64,000 nt of DNA from NCBI RefSeq assembly GCF_036365525.1, contig NC_090404.1, positions 27,550,149-27,614,148 on the forward strand, written 5' to 3'. Below are positions 1 to 10,450 of the stretch, in pieces. Every line of letters starts with the position of its first letter. Within the stretch, counting starts at the first letter, position 1. This stretch comes from Heterodontus francisci (taxonomy: Eukaryota). Made by a program: the position numbers and the translations under genes. The notes under the pieces are model-generated. The model saw nothing but the letters and a program-made list of their open reading frames with translations, had not been told where the DNA came from and searched no databases.

Positions 1-40
1 CTTACCCATTGTCTTTCGAGACAAGGAGGCCAAAGAGAGA
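1..40 (+). mobile_element. 3' tail of an RTE LINE (cut by the window edge)
   Basis: cttacccattgtctttcgagacaaggaggccaaaga matches the 3' termini of the RTE copies at 19870-19905, 31095-31148 and (reverse) 48815-48850. Confidence 0.75.
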
Positions 41-44
41 GAAA

Positions 45-783
45 ACCTTTACAGAAACTAAAGCGAGTGTTGAGCTTGAAATTAAGATGTTATAATGATT
101 TTTTGTCAAAAGGAAAAGTAACTCCATATCTTTTAAGTGAGGCAGGAAAACCTATTATTACACTCAGGGATACAAAATCAACCCAAACACTCTTGCTGGG
201 GAAAGATAGAACGTTTCCACCAGAGAACGCCTTGAACACTATAGTTTTAGTTAATGGAATTGGCAGGGAGTACATACCCATACCTTTATATGAAGTATGC
301 CGAGAGCGTGACTTAATATCTGGGATCGTAACTGTGGACGTTTTCCACAGTTTGCCAGTAAAGGGAATTGGTATATTCTGAGGAAATGATTTGGCCTGAT
401 CAAAAGTAACAGTTTCTCCTATAATTACAGAGGAACCAAGTGAAGGAAGGGAAACTGAGGAATAACAGGCTCCGGGAATAGTTCCTGCATGTGTAGTCAC
501 CTGAGCAATGGCGAAACAGGATCCATTGTTGGAGGTAGAAGTGGCACTATAAACGGATAACCGAGTATCTGAAACCTTATTTGGGATTTAGATAATCCAA
601 ATGAGACATTTAACGGATCTTCTATTATTGCAGCACAGCATGCTGATCCAGAGATCTACTGAATAGCACAGATGGCTCTGACAGAAGGCAAGGTAAAAGG
701 ATTTCCAGGAGAATATTATGTAGCAAACAGTGTGTTGAGGAGGAAATGGAGACCACCTCATAGACCTGTGGATGAAGACTAGG
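45..783 (+). mobile_element. Ty3/Gypsy LTR retrotransposon pol relic (protease to pre-integrase region, Gmr1-like order)
   Basis: Degenerate protease motif LRDT(K)S, then ...GIF*GNDLA, PACVVT and VLRRKWRPP peptides typical of fish Gypsy pol; contains stops and frameshifts. Confidence 0.65.
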
Positions 784-1110
784 TTCTATCAACTTGTTTT
801 TCAGCATGTACTAGATGTCTGCTTTTACTTGGGCCTGTTTGTCCAGATTTAAGTGGTAAGGATTTTTTTAAAGGAACGGTTCCCCTATATCCACATCATG
901 TGTGACTAAAGTTGTACATCCCGGCTTTTCCCTACAACATCTTTTAAATATTTTGAAAAGCCTGGATAGGTCTTCACATTGTGTTGCAAAAGCATGTCGT
1001 CAGATTTTACTAGCCATTTTGTATTCTCTAATCTGATAGCTGGAGGTTCAATCTGAGAATTGACTCGGCCTCCTTCTCCCTCATCCTCAGTATCCTTCCC
1101 CTTCTCAACA
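784..1110 (-). mobile_element. Inverted Gypsy fragment (N-terminus of the RT region)
   Basis: Minus strand reads KPGCTTLVTHDVDIG...PYHLNLDKQAQVKADI*YMLKNKLIEPS, the usual pre-RT segment of Gypsy pol. Confidence 0.6.
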
Positions 1111-1114
1111 GTCC

Positions 1115-1470
1115 CGATTACCTGACATACCTGTACTGGCTCATTCTCCTCCCTGTGATAACATTGCTTATACTGATAGCTTTTATTTGAAGTAACTGAG
1201 TGGAGTTAAAGGAGAAGTTGTTCAACGTGAGAACAAGTTCAGCAGGCGAAGGAGAGTGGTGGTAGATGAGAACTGGTTGGTCTTCGATCAAGAAAGAAAG
1301 GAGAGTTCCCAAATCATCCTGGTGCCGGATGGAAGGGTGGAGATCTCGGGTATCCATGGTGTAAAGGAAAGGGTTTGGGCCAGGAAACTGGAAACTTCCA
1401 GAATTATAGTGGGAATCAAAACGTCGTGGATGGAAATGGGAAGAGAATGAATTGGACGTTTTCCCAGTAC
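1115..1470 (-). mobile_element. Penelope-like element RT fragment
   Basis: ELVLTLNNFSFNSTQLLQIK is homologous to LVELVLTLNNFSFNSTLFLQVK in the Penelope ORF at 58605-60134. Confidence 0.75.
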
Positions 1471-1708
1471 ATGCAAGCATGCTGAACAGGACCAGTCAAT
1501 ACAGAAAGTAACAGTGAGGAACTGGTCCTGTGCAAACTGAATATAACTGTGTCGACCTAGCTATGATCACATTGAATGAAAATTTACTGAACTGGTGCTG
1601 TCCACACTAAGTATAAAAACAGAATACCGATTGTGCAATCTTTTTTCTTTTTTCTTTTCTTTTGGGCCTCCTTATCTTGAGAGACAATGGATACGCGCCT
1701 GGAGGTGG

Positions 1709-4700
1709 TCAGTGGTTTGTGAAGCAGCGCCTGGAGTGGCTATAAAGGCCAATTCTGGAGTGACAGGCTCTTCCACAGGTGCTGCAGAGAAATTTGTTTG
1801 TTGGGGCTGTTGCACAGTTGGCTCTCCCCTTGCGCCTCTGTCTTTTTTCCTGCCAACTACTAAGTCTCTTCGACTCGCCACAATTTAGCCCTGTCTTTAT
1901 GGCTGCCCGCCAGCTCTGGCGAATGCTGGCAACTGACTCCCACGACTTGTGATCAATGTCACACGATTTCATGTCGCGTTTGCAGACGTCTTTATAACGG
2001 AGACATGGACGGCCGGTGGGTCTGATACCAGTGGCGAGCTCGCTGTACAATGTGTCTTTGGGGATCCTGCCATCTTCCATGCGGCTCACATGGCCAAGCC
2101 ATCTCAAGCGCCGCTGACTCAGTAGTGTGTATAAGCTGGGGATGTTGGCCGCTTCAAGGACTTCTGTGTTGGAGATATAGTCCTGCCACCTGATGCCAAG
2201 TATTCTCCGAAGGCAGCGAAGATGGAATGAATTGAGACGTCGCTCTTGGCTGGCATACGTTGTCCAGGCCTCGCTGCCGTAGAGCAAGGTACTGAGGACA
2301 CAGGCCTGATACACTCGGACTTTTGTGTTCCGTGTCAGTGCGCCATTTTCCCACACTCTCTTGGCCAGTCTGAACATAGCAGTGGAAGCCTTACCCATGC
2401 GCTTGTTGATTTCTGCATCTAGAGACAGGTTACTGGTGATAGTTGAGCCTAGGTAGGTGAACTCTTGAACCACTTCCAGAGCGTGGTCGCCAATATTGAT
2501 GGATGGAGCATTTCTGACATCCTGCCCCATGATGTTCGTTTTCTTGAGGCTGATGGTTAGGCCAAATTCATTGCAGGCAGACGCAAACCTGTCGATGAGA
2601 CTCTGCAGGCATTCTTCAGTGTGAGATGTTAAAGCAGCATCGTCAGCAAAGAGGAGTTCTCTGATGAGGACTTTCCGTACTTTGGACTTCGCTCTTAGAC
2701 GGGCAAGGTTGAACAACCTGCCCCCTGATCTTGTGTGGAGGAAAATTCCTTCTTCAGAGGATTTGAACGCATGTGAAAGCAGCAGGGAGAAGAAAATCCC
2801 AAAAAGTGTGGGTGCGAGAACACAGCCCTGTTTCACACCACTCAGGATAGGAAAGGGCTCTGATGAGGAGCCACCATGTTGAATTGTGCCTTTCATATTG
2901 TCATGGAATGAGGTGATGATACTTAGTAGCTTTGGTGGACATCCGATCTTTTCTAGTAGTCTGAAGAGACCACGTCTGCTGACGAGGTCAAAGGCTTTGG
3001 TGAGATCAATGAAAGCAATGTAGAGGGGCATCTGTTGTTCACAGCATTTCTCCTGTATCTGACGAAGGGAGAACAGCATGTCAATAGTCGATCTCTCTGC
3101 ACGAAAGCCACACTGTGCCTCAGGGTAGACGCGCTCGGCCAGCTTCTGGAGCCTGTTCAGAGCGACTCGAGCAAAGACTTTCCCCACTATGCTGAGCAGG
3201 GAGATTCCACGGTAGTTGTTGCAGTCACCGCGGTCACCTTTGTTTTTATAGAGAGTGATGATGTTGGCATCGCGCATGTCCTGGGGTACTGCTCCCTCGT
3301 CCCAGCACAGGCATAGCAGTTCATGTAGTGCTGAGAGTATAGCAGGCTTGGCACTCTTGATTATTTCAGGGGTAATGCTGTCCTTCCCAGGGGCTTTTCC
3401 GCTGGCTAGGGAATCAATGGCATCACTGAGTTCCGATTTGGTTGGCTGTATGTCCAGCTCATCCATGACTGGTAGAGGCTGGGCTGCATTGAGGGCAGTC
3501 TCAGTGACAGCATTCTCCCTGGAGTACAGTTCTAGGTAGTGCTCAACCCAGCGGTCCATCTGTTTGCGTTGGTCAGTGATTATGTCCCCCGATTTATATT
3601 TGAGGGGGGTGATCTTCTTGATGGTTGGCCCAAGAGCTCTCTTCATGCCATCATACATTCCTCTGATGTTTCCGGTGTCTGAGGCCAGCTGAATATGACT
3701 GCATAGGTGTTGCCAGTAGTCGTTTGCGCAACGCCTAGCTGTTCTTTGTGCAGTACTTCTGGCTGCTTTAAGTGCTGCGGATGTTAAATCGCTGGGGGCT
3801 TTCTTGTAGTTCAAAAGTGCAATGCGCTTAGCGGCTATGACAGGTTCCAGCTCTTCATTATGAGATTGAAACCAGTCTGCATTTCTCTTCGCACTTTTGC
3901 CGTAGGTGGTCAAAGCTGACTCATAGATGGCGTCTCTGATGTGGGCCCACTTGGTCTCAGCATCCCCTGTGGGAGTGTTTTGAAGGGCTGTTACAAGTGA
4001 ATTTAGAAATTTTTGTAACAGCTGTGGGTGAGAAATTCTGCTCGTGTTGATGCGCGGGTGGCCCTTCTGCTTGGAATGATGCAACTTCTTTGGTCTGAGT
4101 CTAACCTTGCTGCACACCAGGGAGTGGTCGGTGTCGCAGTCCGCACTGTGGAAGCTGCGTGTGATTTGAACACTGTTTAAGGCGGCTCGCCTTGTGACAA
4201 TGAGGTCTAGCTGGTGCCAACGACGTGATCTTGGGTGCCTCCATGAAACCTGGTGACAGGGTTTAGTGTGAAAGAACGAGTTGGTGATGCAGAGGTTATG
4301 ATAGGTACACAACTCAAGCAGTCTCTGCCCGTTCTCATTCATCCTTCCAACGCCATAGCGCCCAAGGCAGGAGGGCCATGAGTCATGGTCGGCCCCAACC
4401 CTGGCATTAAAGTCCCCCAGCAGGAATAGGTGTTCGGTGTTGGGGATGCTGCTAATGATGTTATGGAGTTGTTCATAGAACTGGTCTTTAGCTTCAGGTG
4501 CGGAACAGAGTGTTGGAGCATAGATGCTGAGTAGGTGTACTGGACCAGAGGTGGTGAGCAGTCGGATGGACAGTATGCGTTCCGAGCCATTTGAGGGAGG
4601 CTCTATCATGCTGAGCAAGGAGTTTCTGATGGCGAAGCCCACTCCATGCTGTCTTGGTTCTTCAGGATCCCTGCCCTGCCAGAAGAAGGTGTAGTCTTGC

Positions 4701-4900
4701 TCTGCTAGAGAGCGACTCGCGGGGAGGCGAGTCTCCTGAAGTGCTGCAATGTCCACATTGAGTCTACTGAGCTCGTTGTTAATGATGGCGGTCTTCCGAG
4801 AATCGTTGATTTGTGTAAGGTCTTCCGACAGGCCAGGACACATAGTTCTGACGTTCCAGCTTGCAAAGCGAAGGGCTGGTACCTTCTTTCCTTTTTTCAT
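1709..4900 (-). CDS. RTE LINE ORF: APE endonuclease + reverse transcriptase + C-terminal Cys/His motif, 1063 aa, uninterrupted
   Basis: EN motifs FASWNVRT, ALQETR, IYAPT, LGDFNARVG, TDHSLV. RT motifs YRGISLLS, QCGFR, FIDLTKAFD, GVKQGCVLAP, LFADD. C-terminus CSTCGRACHSRIGLYSH. Confidence 0.95.
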   Translation of the reverse strand: MKKGKKVPALRFASWNVRTMCPGLSEDLTQINDSRKTAIINNELSRLNVDIAALQETRLPASRSLAEQDYTFFWQGRDPEEPRQHGVGFAIRNSLLSMIEPPSNGSERILSIRLLTTSGPVHLLSIYAPTLCSAPEAKDQFYEQLHNIISSIPNTEHLFLLGDFNARVGADHDSWPSCLGRYGVGRMNENGQRLLELCTYHNLCITNSFFHTKPCHQVSWRHPRSRRWHQLDLIVTRRAALNSVQITRSFHSADCDTDHSLVCSKVRLRPKKLHHSKQKGHPRINTSRISHPQLLQKFLNSLVTALQNTPTGDAETKWAHIRDAIYESALTTYGKSAKRNADWFQSHNEELEPVIAAKRIALLNYKKAPSDLTSAALKAARSTAQRTARRCANDYWQHLCSHIQLASDTGNIRGMYDGMKRALGPTIKKITPLKYKSGDIITDQRKQMDRWVEHYLELYSRENAVTETALNAAQPLPVMDELDIQPTKSELSDAIDSLASGKAPGKDSITPEIIKSAKPAILSALHELLCLCWDEGAVPQDMRDANIITLYKNKGDRGDCNNYRGISLLSIVGKVFARVALNRLQKLAERVYPEAQCGFRAERSTIDMLFSLRQIQEKCCEQQMPLYIAFIDLTKAFDLVSRRGLFRLLEKIGCPPKLLSIITSFHDNMKGTIQHGGSSSEPFPILSGVKQGCVLAPTLFGIFFSLLLSHAFKSSEEGIFLHTRSGGRLFNLARLRAKSKVRKVLIRELLFADDAALTSHTEECLQSLIDRFASACNEFGLTISLKKTNIMGQDVRNAPSINIGDHALEVVQEFTYLGSTITSNLSLDAEINKRMGKASTAMFRLAKRVWENGALTRNTKVRVYQACVLSTLLYGSEAWTTYASQERRLNSFHLRCLRRILGIRWQDYISNTEVLEAANIPSLYTLLSQRRLRWLGHVSRMEDGRIPKDTLYSELATGIRPTGRPCLRYKDVCKRDMKSCDIDHKSWESVASIRQSWRAAIKTGLNCGESKRLSSWQEKRQRRKGRANCATAPTNKFLCSTCGRACHSRIGLYSHSRRCFTNH

Positions 4901-5454
4901 GTTGTTTGGTGCGGTGTATCAGTCCACCTTTCGGGCAATGACCTTGAGCTCCAAGCACCCATTGAAGCAGGCAGACTGTGGCGGGACAGAACCTTATTGA
5001 CCGGGGGCTGCCCGGTTTGAGGCGGGCGGTAGCTGTCCAGTGAGGTGCAATGACCTCTCCCACCGACAAAGGCAACCCGTGGCGCCCAGTTTCTACGCCA
5101 ATTTATCTGGACTTATAACCCGTAACTGCTGCCTTCCGTGTTGTTTCAGTCGCTGTGAGGCAACTATGGAGTGACCTCTCCATGGCGCATGCCTGGGCAA
5201 ATTTATGGAGGTTGAGAGTTGCCCAGTCGTCAAAACCCCCCTCTCGGCCTTTCTGGTGGGGTCCAAAGGAGTGCAGGACACGACGTTTGGCACCAGTATG
5301 GCTGCAGGAACTGCCGGAAACATGCCAAAGGTGACACATGACCGCCTACGGGGTTCCGCTCCGGATTTTCTGTTAGGGTTTACTCCCTTAGCCTTGGTCT
5401 CTCCTGAGACGCCCACAAGGCAGTGGGGTTGTTGGGGCCCCTACACAGGTGTAG

Positions 5455-5668
5455 GATGGTGCCGGTGGGAGGAGGGGATGCAAGGGGGAGGGGTAGAGGG
5501 AGGGGGTGGGGGGGGGTGCAGGGGAAGGGGGTGCGGGGTGAAGATGGTGCGAGGGGGGGGCGGGCTGGGACGGGGTTGTGAGGGGGTGAGCTGAGAGGGT
5601 GGAGCAGGGAAGGGGACGGGGGTGGGGGGGGTGGAAGGGGGGTAAAGGGGGGGGAGGGGGGGTGGAAT
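5455..5668 (+). repeat. G-rich low-complexity tract (G-quadruplex prone)
   Basis: Dense runs of G3-G10 with short spacers. Confidence 0.85.
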
Positions 5669-6260
5669 CTGGTGCAGGTAATAAGCCATTTCCTCAGTGC
5701 CCACCATCGACGTCCGGAAAGCTCATCCACGTCCTTCGGGAGGTGAAGCATCATTTGGCAGACTTAGAGGTGATTACATTTGCTAAGGGTTTTTTTTTTG
5801 CAGTGGTTTAAATAAAGGCATGCAGCATTGCCGACAGTGCGCTGCAGATGCTCTCCGAGCCATCTCCCGCGGGCGCTTTGAAGTTGCGGCCGGGGGGGCC
5901 GTTCGTGGATGTTTTGGGTGTTCGGGGCACCTTTTCACAGGACTTCTCTCGGGTCCCGCAGCTCCTTCTTCACCTCAATGGACTTACCGCATGCCGTGGC
6001 TGCAGACACTCTGGACTGTGAAGACAGCAGGATCGGAGATTAAAGTATCGGCAGCTGTTCTCGTCAGTTTCATCCGGATCAATTTCATTGAGAAAACAAA
6101 GAGCAGGTGTGGCTGGGGGAGGGCAGTGGGCCCAGGTAACATACACTAAACTAACTGTTAACTTTTAGATAGGGCTAAAATGAACTGATTTAAAGAGCCA
6201 GGGGAATTTAAACAGTTTAAGAGGGCAGATTGGGGGAGAAAACCCCCAATATTGTGCAAT

Positions 6261-7330
6261 ACCTGCTGAATATTTAGAGCATTTTATGATGTTTTACAGA
6301 CTAAATATAACCTAGCTGACCTGGACTATCTCACTTTGGCAACAAGTATGTTGAGCTGGACCTGCATATACTGAATGTAACCGTGTGAATAGGATCATCT
6401 TAACTCAGAATGTGAGCATGTGCAACTGGACCTGTGCAGACTGAATGTTACCACACTGAACTGAACCTGTTTACGGTGAAAGTAACCACTTGATGCCAGA
6501 CTTGTGGACACTGAATGTAATTGTGCTGAACTGGACCAGACCACGCAGAATGTTACCACACTGTACTAAGCTGGGCTTGTCAACACCGAAAGTAAATTTC
6601 TGATGGATTCTGATGAAAGGTTACAGACTTGAAACGTGAACTCTGAGTCGATATCCAAAGATGCTGCCAGAACTAATGTGCATTTCCAGCTCTTCCTGTT
6701 TTTAATGTAAATTTACGGAACTGTTTCCTTCCACCATAATTATAAGTGCACTGACCTGGGCATGTCCACACTGATTTTAATCTGCTGAACCATATTTGTC
6801 CACACTGAAATTAACTGCGCCTAACTCGACATTTCCACACTGAATATAACCACCATGCCCTGGACCTGGGTCTGTCTGTCTGTTCTCCACATAAGAGTGC
6901 TGAATTGGACCTTCACACTACGTTTAACCATACTGAAGTGAACCGATCTCGGACTGTAAGCAACCTTTCTGGAAAGAACCTGTCCATAGTGAACGTTACC
7001 ACGCTGAGCTGAACCTGTACACACAGAACGTAAATACGCTAAAGTGGACCAGTTTACTCTGAAATTAAACATGCTGAACAGGACCTGTTCACACTGAATA
7101 CAATGACGCTGAGCTAGACATATTTAGCCCGAATATAACTGTGATGAACTGGACCTATTTAACCTGAACTGCGCCTGCTCACGTTGAATATAATGGTAAT
7201 AATCCCTGGACAAGTCCAGACTGAAGACAATCGTGAAGAACTGGGTTTGTGCACACCGAATGTAACCGTGGATAATCATACCTGTCCACGCTGGATACAC
7301 AATAAGTTGTATTAAAGTGAGTGAGCAGTC
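6261..7330 (+). repeat. Degenerate ~35-bp minisatellite (ctgaactggacctgtccacactgaatgtaaccgtg) upstream of GPCR copy A; continues at 1480-1629
   Basis: aactggacctgt / cacactgaatgtaa recur at ~35-nt spacing; the same array lies upstream of copies B and C. Confidence 0.8.
6606..6705 (+). mobile_element. Penelope terminal fragment with degenerate hammerhead motif
   Basis: ctgatga-aaggttacagactt-gaaac-gtg-aact followed by agatgctgccag...tttccagc; the GUG triplet is predicted non-cleavable. Confidence 0.6.
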
Positions 7331-7706
7331 TCAGAGAGATTTGTAACCATGTTTTATGTGACCCGTGACCACATGGCCTGAGCAATGATCAAAGGTGAGA
7401 ACTTGGTTGTGTTTTGCTTTAGGCCCAGAATATCACTGGTCAGTTATACCTTGTACTAAGACAACTTAACTTAACATAGAGGGGTTTAAATTCGATAATT
7501 CCTCGTGTACAATGCTCACTTTCACCATTTCAACCACCTATTTCGCTTTTCGTTATCTGTTATGAAGAAATGTAACTGTGATCATTCAGCACTGCCTGGG
7601 TGTTTCACTTCAGAGCCGTGTTCGATCACTTGTAAAACATTTCATTCAACAAAACATAAACATGAGCATGACATCAGCTTCACTAATGTGTTTGTTTCAC
7701 TTAGTG

Positions 7707-7749
7707 TAATTAATGTAAAGGAGCAAGCCATCTAATTATTTCCCTGGAG
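7707..7749 (+). promoter_or_regulatory. Putative homeodomain (TAATTA x2) + O/E(EBF)-like (TCCCTGGAG) promoter module, GPCR copy A
   Basis: TAATTA at 7707-7712 and 7733-7738; TCCCTGGAG at 7741-7749, ~64 nt before the ATG; positionally conserved in the paralogs. Confidence 0.45.
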
Positions 7750-7812
7750 TCTGACATAGGGATAAATGTGAAAATCTTCCAGTGCACAGTGCGTTCAAAG
7801 ATTCTGATAGAA

Positions 7813-7882
7813 ATGCACGGATCACCAAAAGGTCTGGTGTTTGCCATTTACTATCCTGTCCTTGCAGCTATCGGGGTTCCAG
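7813..7882 (+). CDS. GPR139-like class A GPCR copy A, coding exon 1 (MHGSPKGLVFAIYYPVLAAIGVP)
   Basis: ATG, then 70 nt ending CCAG|gtaaag (phase 1). Supplies the N-terminal half of TM1 and joins exon 2 as GVP-A-NL; near-identical exons at 48151 and 32004. Confidence 0.85.
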
Positions 7883-8399
7883 GTAAAGCATTGCAGTGAG
7901 TTATTAATTATGGGAATCATTGTTCAGTTATATAAATGCTCCCATTTATGTGTTGTGTTTCTCCAGGATGTGAATATTCTTTCTGTCAGTTAATGGCATT
8001 ATTTCTCATCTTTATGTAATATTCTTCCCCATTAAATGTGGTAATTAATTCCCTTTAACAGCATAATTTCTCCCCTTTAACAGGATAATTTATTCCCTTT
8101 AGTGAACAGCTTTCCCCTTTTAACTGATATCATTTCTCCCCTTTTAGAGAATCCTCTTTCCACTTTCATGATATTAATTATCCATTTTAACGATAAGCTC
8201 TTCCTTTTACAGACATAGTTTCTCATCATTAGTTATGCAATTTCTGCCCTTTAACAGTATAATTTCTCCACATCACTGGCACAGCACCTTAACATTACCA
8301 GCATAATTTCTCCTCTCTATAATACTATATTCTGTTGACCGGTAGAATTCCATCCCTTTAATTATATATTTTTTCTCACTTACCACTAACATCTCACGA

Positions 8400-10050
8400 A
8401 TTAAATGTAGTTCCATTGTGTTATTGACACTGAGAATATGGATGAATTATGACACTGTGACCAAAATATAAATTTATTTCCATTTGGTTATTGGCACTGT
8501 TACTGGGGGTGAATTATCATACTGCTATCATGGTGTAAAGGTAGCTGTATAGTGTTAATGTCACTGCTGCTGCGGGTGAAGTATCACAGTTATTAACATT
8601 GTTATTGTGGGTGAATTGTCACACTGTTATCACGGTGTAAATGTAGTTCTATTGTGCTATTGACACTGTTACTGTGGGTGAATTATCACACCGTTATCAT
8701 GGTGTAAATGTAATTGTATTGTGTTGTTGGTGCTGTTACTTTGAGAATTATCACACTGTTGTATCGGTTTAAATACAGCTCCATTGTGTAATAGACGTTG
8801 TTACAGTGGGTGGCTTGTCACATGTTATCACAGTGCTAATGTAGATGTACTGTGTTTTTGACACTGTTACCATGGTGTAAATGTAGTTCCATCATGTTAA
8901 AGACACACTTCTTCTTAGGCAATCCCTCCGGAATGAGGATGACATTCTTCCACTCCAGAGTTGCGGGTCCTTAGGTCACTGAATCGTCCAGTTCCAGATC
9001 TGCACACTCTGCCACAGATAGGGCAGTTAGTGTTTAATGAGGATGAATGGGATGCTCTTATTTCGAAATGCTTCTTCCACTGTTTGCGCTGGGTCACTGC
9101 CTGGGCATGTCGCCGTTGTTCGAACTGGATGACACCTTCGTGGATGCTTCTTCTCCCTTTTGAGCGGTCTCAGGCAAGAGATTCCCATGAATCAGTGGCG
9201 ATGTCACATTTTTTCAGGGAGGCTTTAAGGACATCCTTGTAGCGGTTCTTCTGTCCTCCTGGTAGCCTCTTGCCATGACAGAGCTCGGAGCAGAAAGTTA
9301 GTTTTGGGAGTCTTGTGTCAGACATGCGGACAATGTGGCCTATCCAACGTAACTGATTAACCATGGCCGGTGTCTGGATACTGGGGCTGTTGGGCTGAGA
9401 GAGGACACTGATATTAGAGCACCTGGAGTGTCAAACACTCTTTTCCACAGACAACAGAAGGCTGGGCTAGTACACTGGAGGCGATGCTAAGTTTCATCAT
9501 CGATGGCTGCCCTTTCTGAGAGAGGGCTCCCAAGGCATGAGAAGTGATTCATATTGTCCATTGTTTCGCCGTGGATCTTCAAAGATGGGAGGAAATATTG
9601 TACTGTGGGATCAGACTGGTAAAGGACTTTTGTCTTCCAGGTATTTAGCTTAAGGCCCATTCTTTCAAACACCTCAGTGAATGTATCGATGAGGGTTTGA
9701 AGCTGAGTGTGTGCATACCGCAAACATCATCAGCATACAGGAGTTCTATGATAGAGGTAATGGTGACCTTGGTTCTAACTGGAGGCAACTTGGTTAAATC
9801 ATTTCCTGCTCATCATATACAGTAGATCTACTCAGGCAGGGAGCTTCATAGAGATGAGGTGGAGTGTTGTGGTGAGGAAGATGGAAAAGAGCGTTGCTGC
9901 ATTTCCACAGCCTTGCTTGACCCTGTCACTGTCACTGTGCTGAATTATCAGACTGTTATCACACTGTAAATTGTGTTCCTGTCACATTACTGTAGGTGAA
10001 TTACCACACTCTTATCACGGTTTAAATATAGTTCTATTGTGTTATAGGCT
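8400..10050 (+). repeat. ~67-bp intronic minisatellite (interrupted by an RTE fragment)
   Basis: Repeats of ttattgacactgttactgtgggtgaattatcacactgttatcacggtgtaaatgtagttctattgtg. Confidence 0.8.
8905..9925 (-). mobile_element. 5'-truncated, degenerate RTE-clade LINE (different subfamily from 1640-6250)
   Basis: QLRWIGHIVRMSDTRLPK, C-terminal CPICGRVCRSGTGRFSDLR, ELLYADD region, GAA tail at the 3' end. Confidence 0.8.
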
Positions 10051-10450
10051 ACTCTTAGAAGAAGAGCTCAGAGTTATCATTGCGTCCTCTCACTTATTGT
10101 TAGCTGTTGTGTTATTTATCTCTTGAATATTTTCTGTACCTTTTTGCTGATGTATTACATTTCGGTCGTATTTGATGTTGCCGTGTTGGTTTCAACGTGT
10201 TTTAATGCCTTATTGTTCTGCATTAGTATTCATTGTATTATTTTACATTCTGATGACATTAGTCTGTTATATTCCTAATCTGAATGTTTGATTTAAACAC
10301 AGAAACAAGTGCTTGTAGCTTAAGCAACGGTTTTCAACTCAGGATCATGTGCCAAAGCGACTCTTTTTAGACAGAATCCTGTAAAACGGATGATTTCGTT
10401 GGGGCACGTGTGCACTCTTCATTTTCTTTCTCTCTCTCTCTCTGTTACAG

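Larger units (their letters stand above)
1640..6250 (-). mobile_element. Full-length RTE (BovB-like) non-LTR retrotransposon insertion with 5' extension, bounded by a 10-bp TSD
   Basis: (GAAAA)n-like 3' tail at 1640-1665; intact ORF; attgtgcaat direct repeat at 1630-1639 and 6251-6260; the same 35-bp minisatellite lies on both flanks. Confidence 0.85.

Noticed and set aside
5093-5440. HDV-like ribozyme or functional uORF in the RTE 5' UTR
   Set aside because: Known for some RTEs, but I could not fold a convincing nested double pseudoknot by eye; the 107-aa ORF has no recognisable motif.
5205-5811. Gly-rich and Pro-rich ORFs
   Set aside because: Translation of the G-rich low-complexity tract.
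10390-10450. N-terminus MISLGHV... of the predicted GPCR ORF (likewise MILLGVG... at 53828-53924)
   Set aside because: This is the intron polypyrimidine tract; a conserved upstream exon supplies TM1 in the correct phase.
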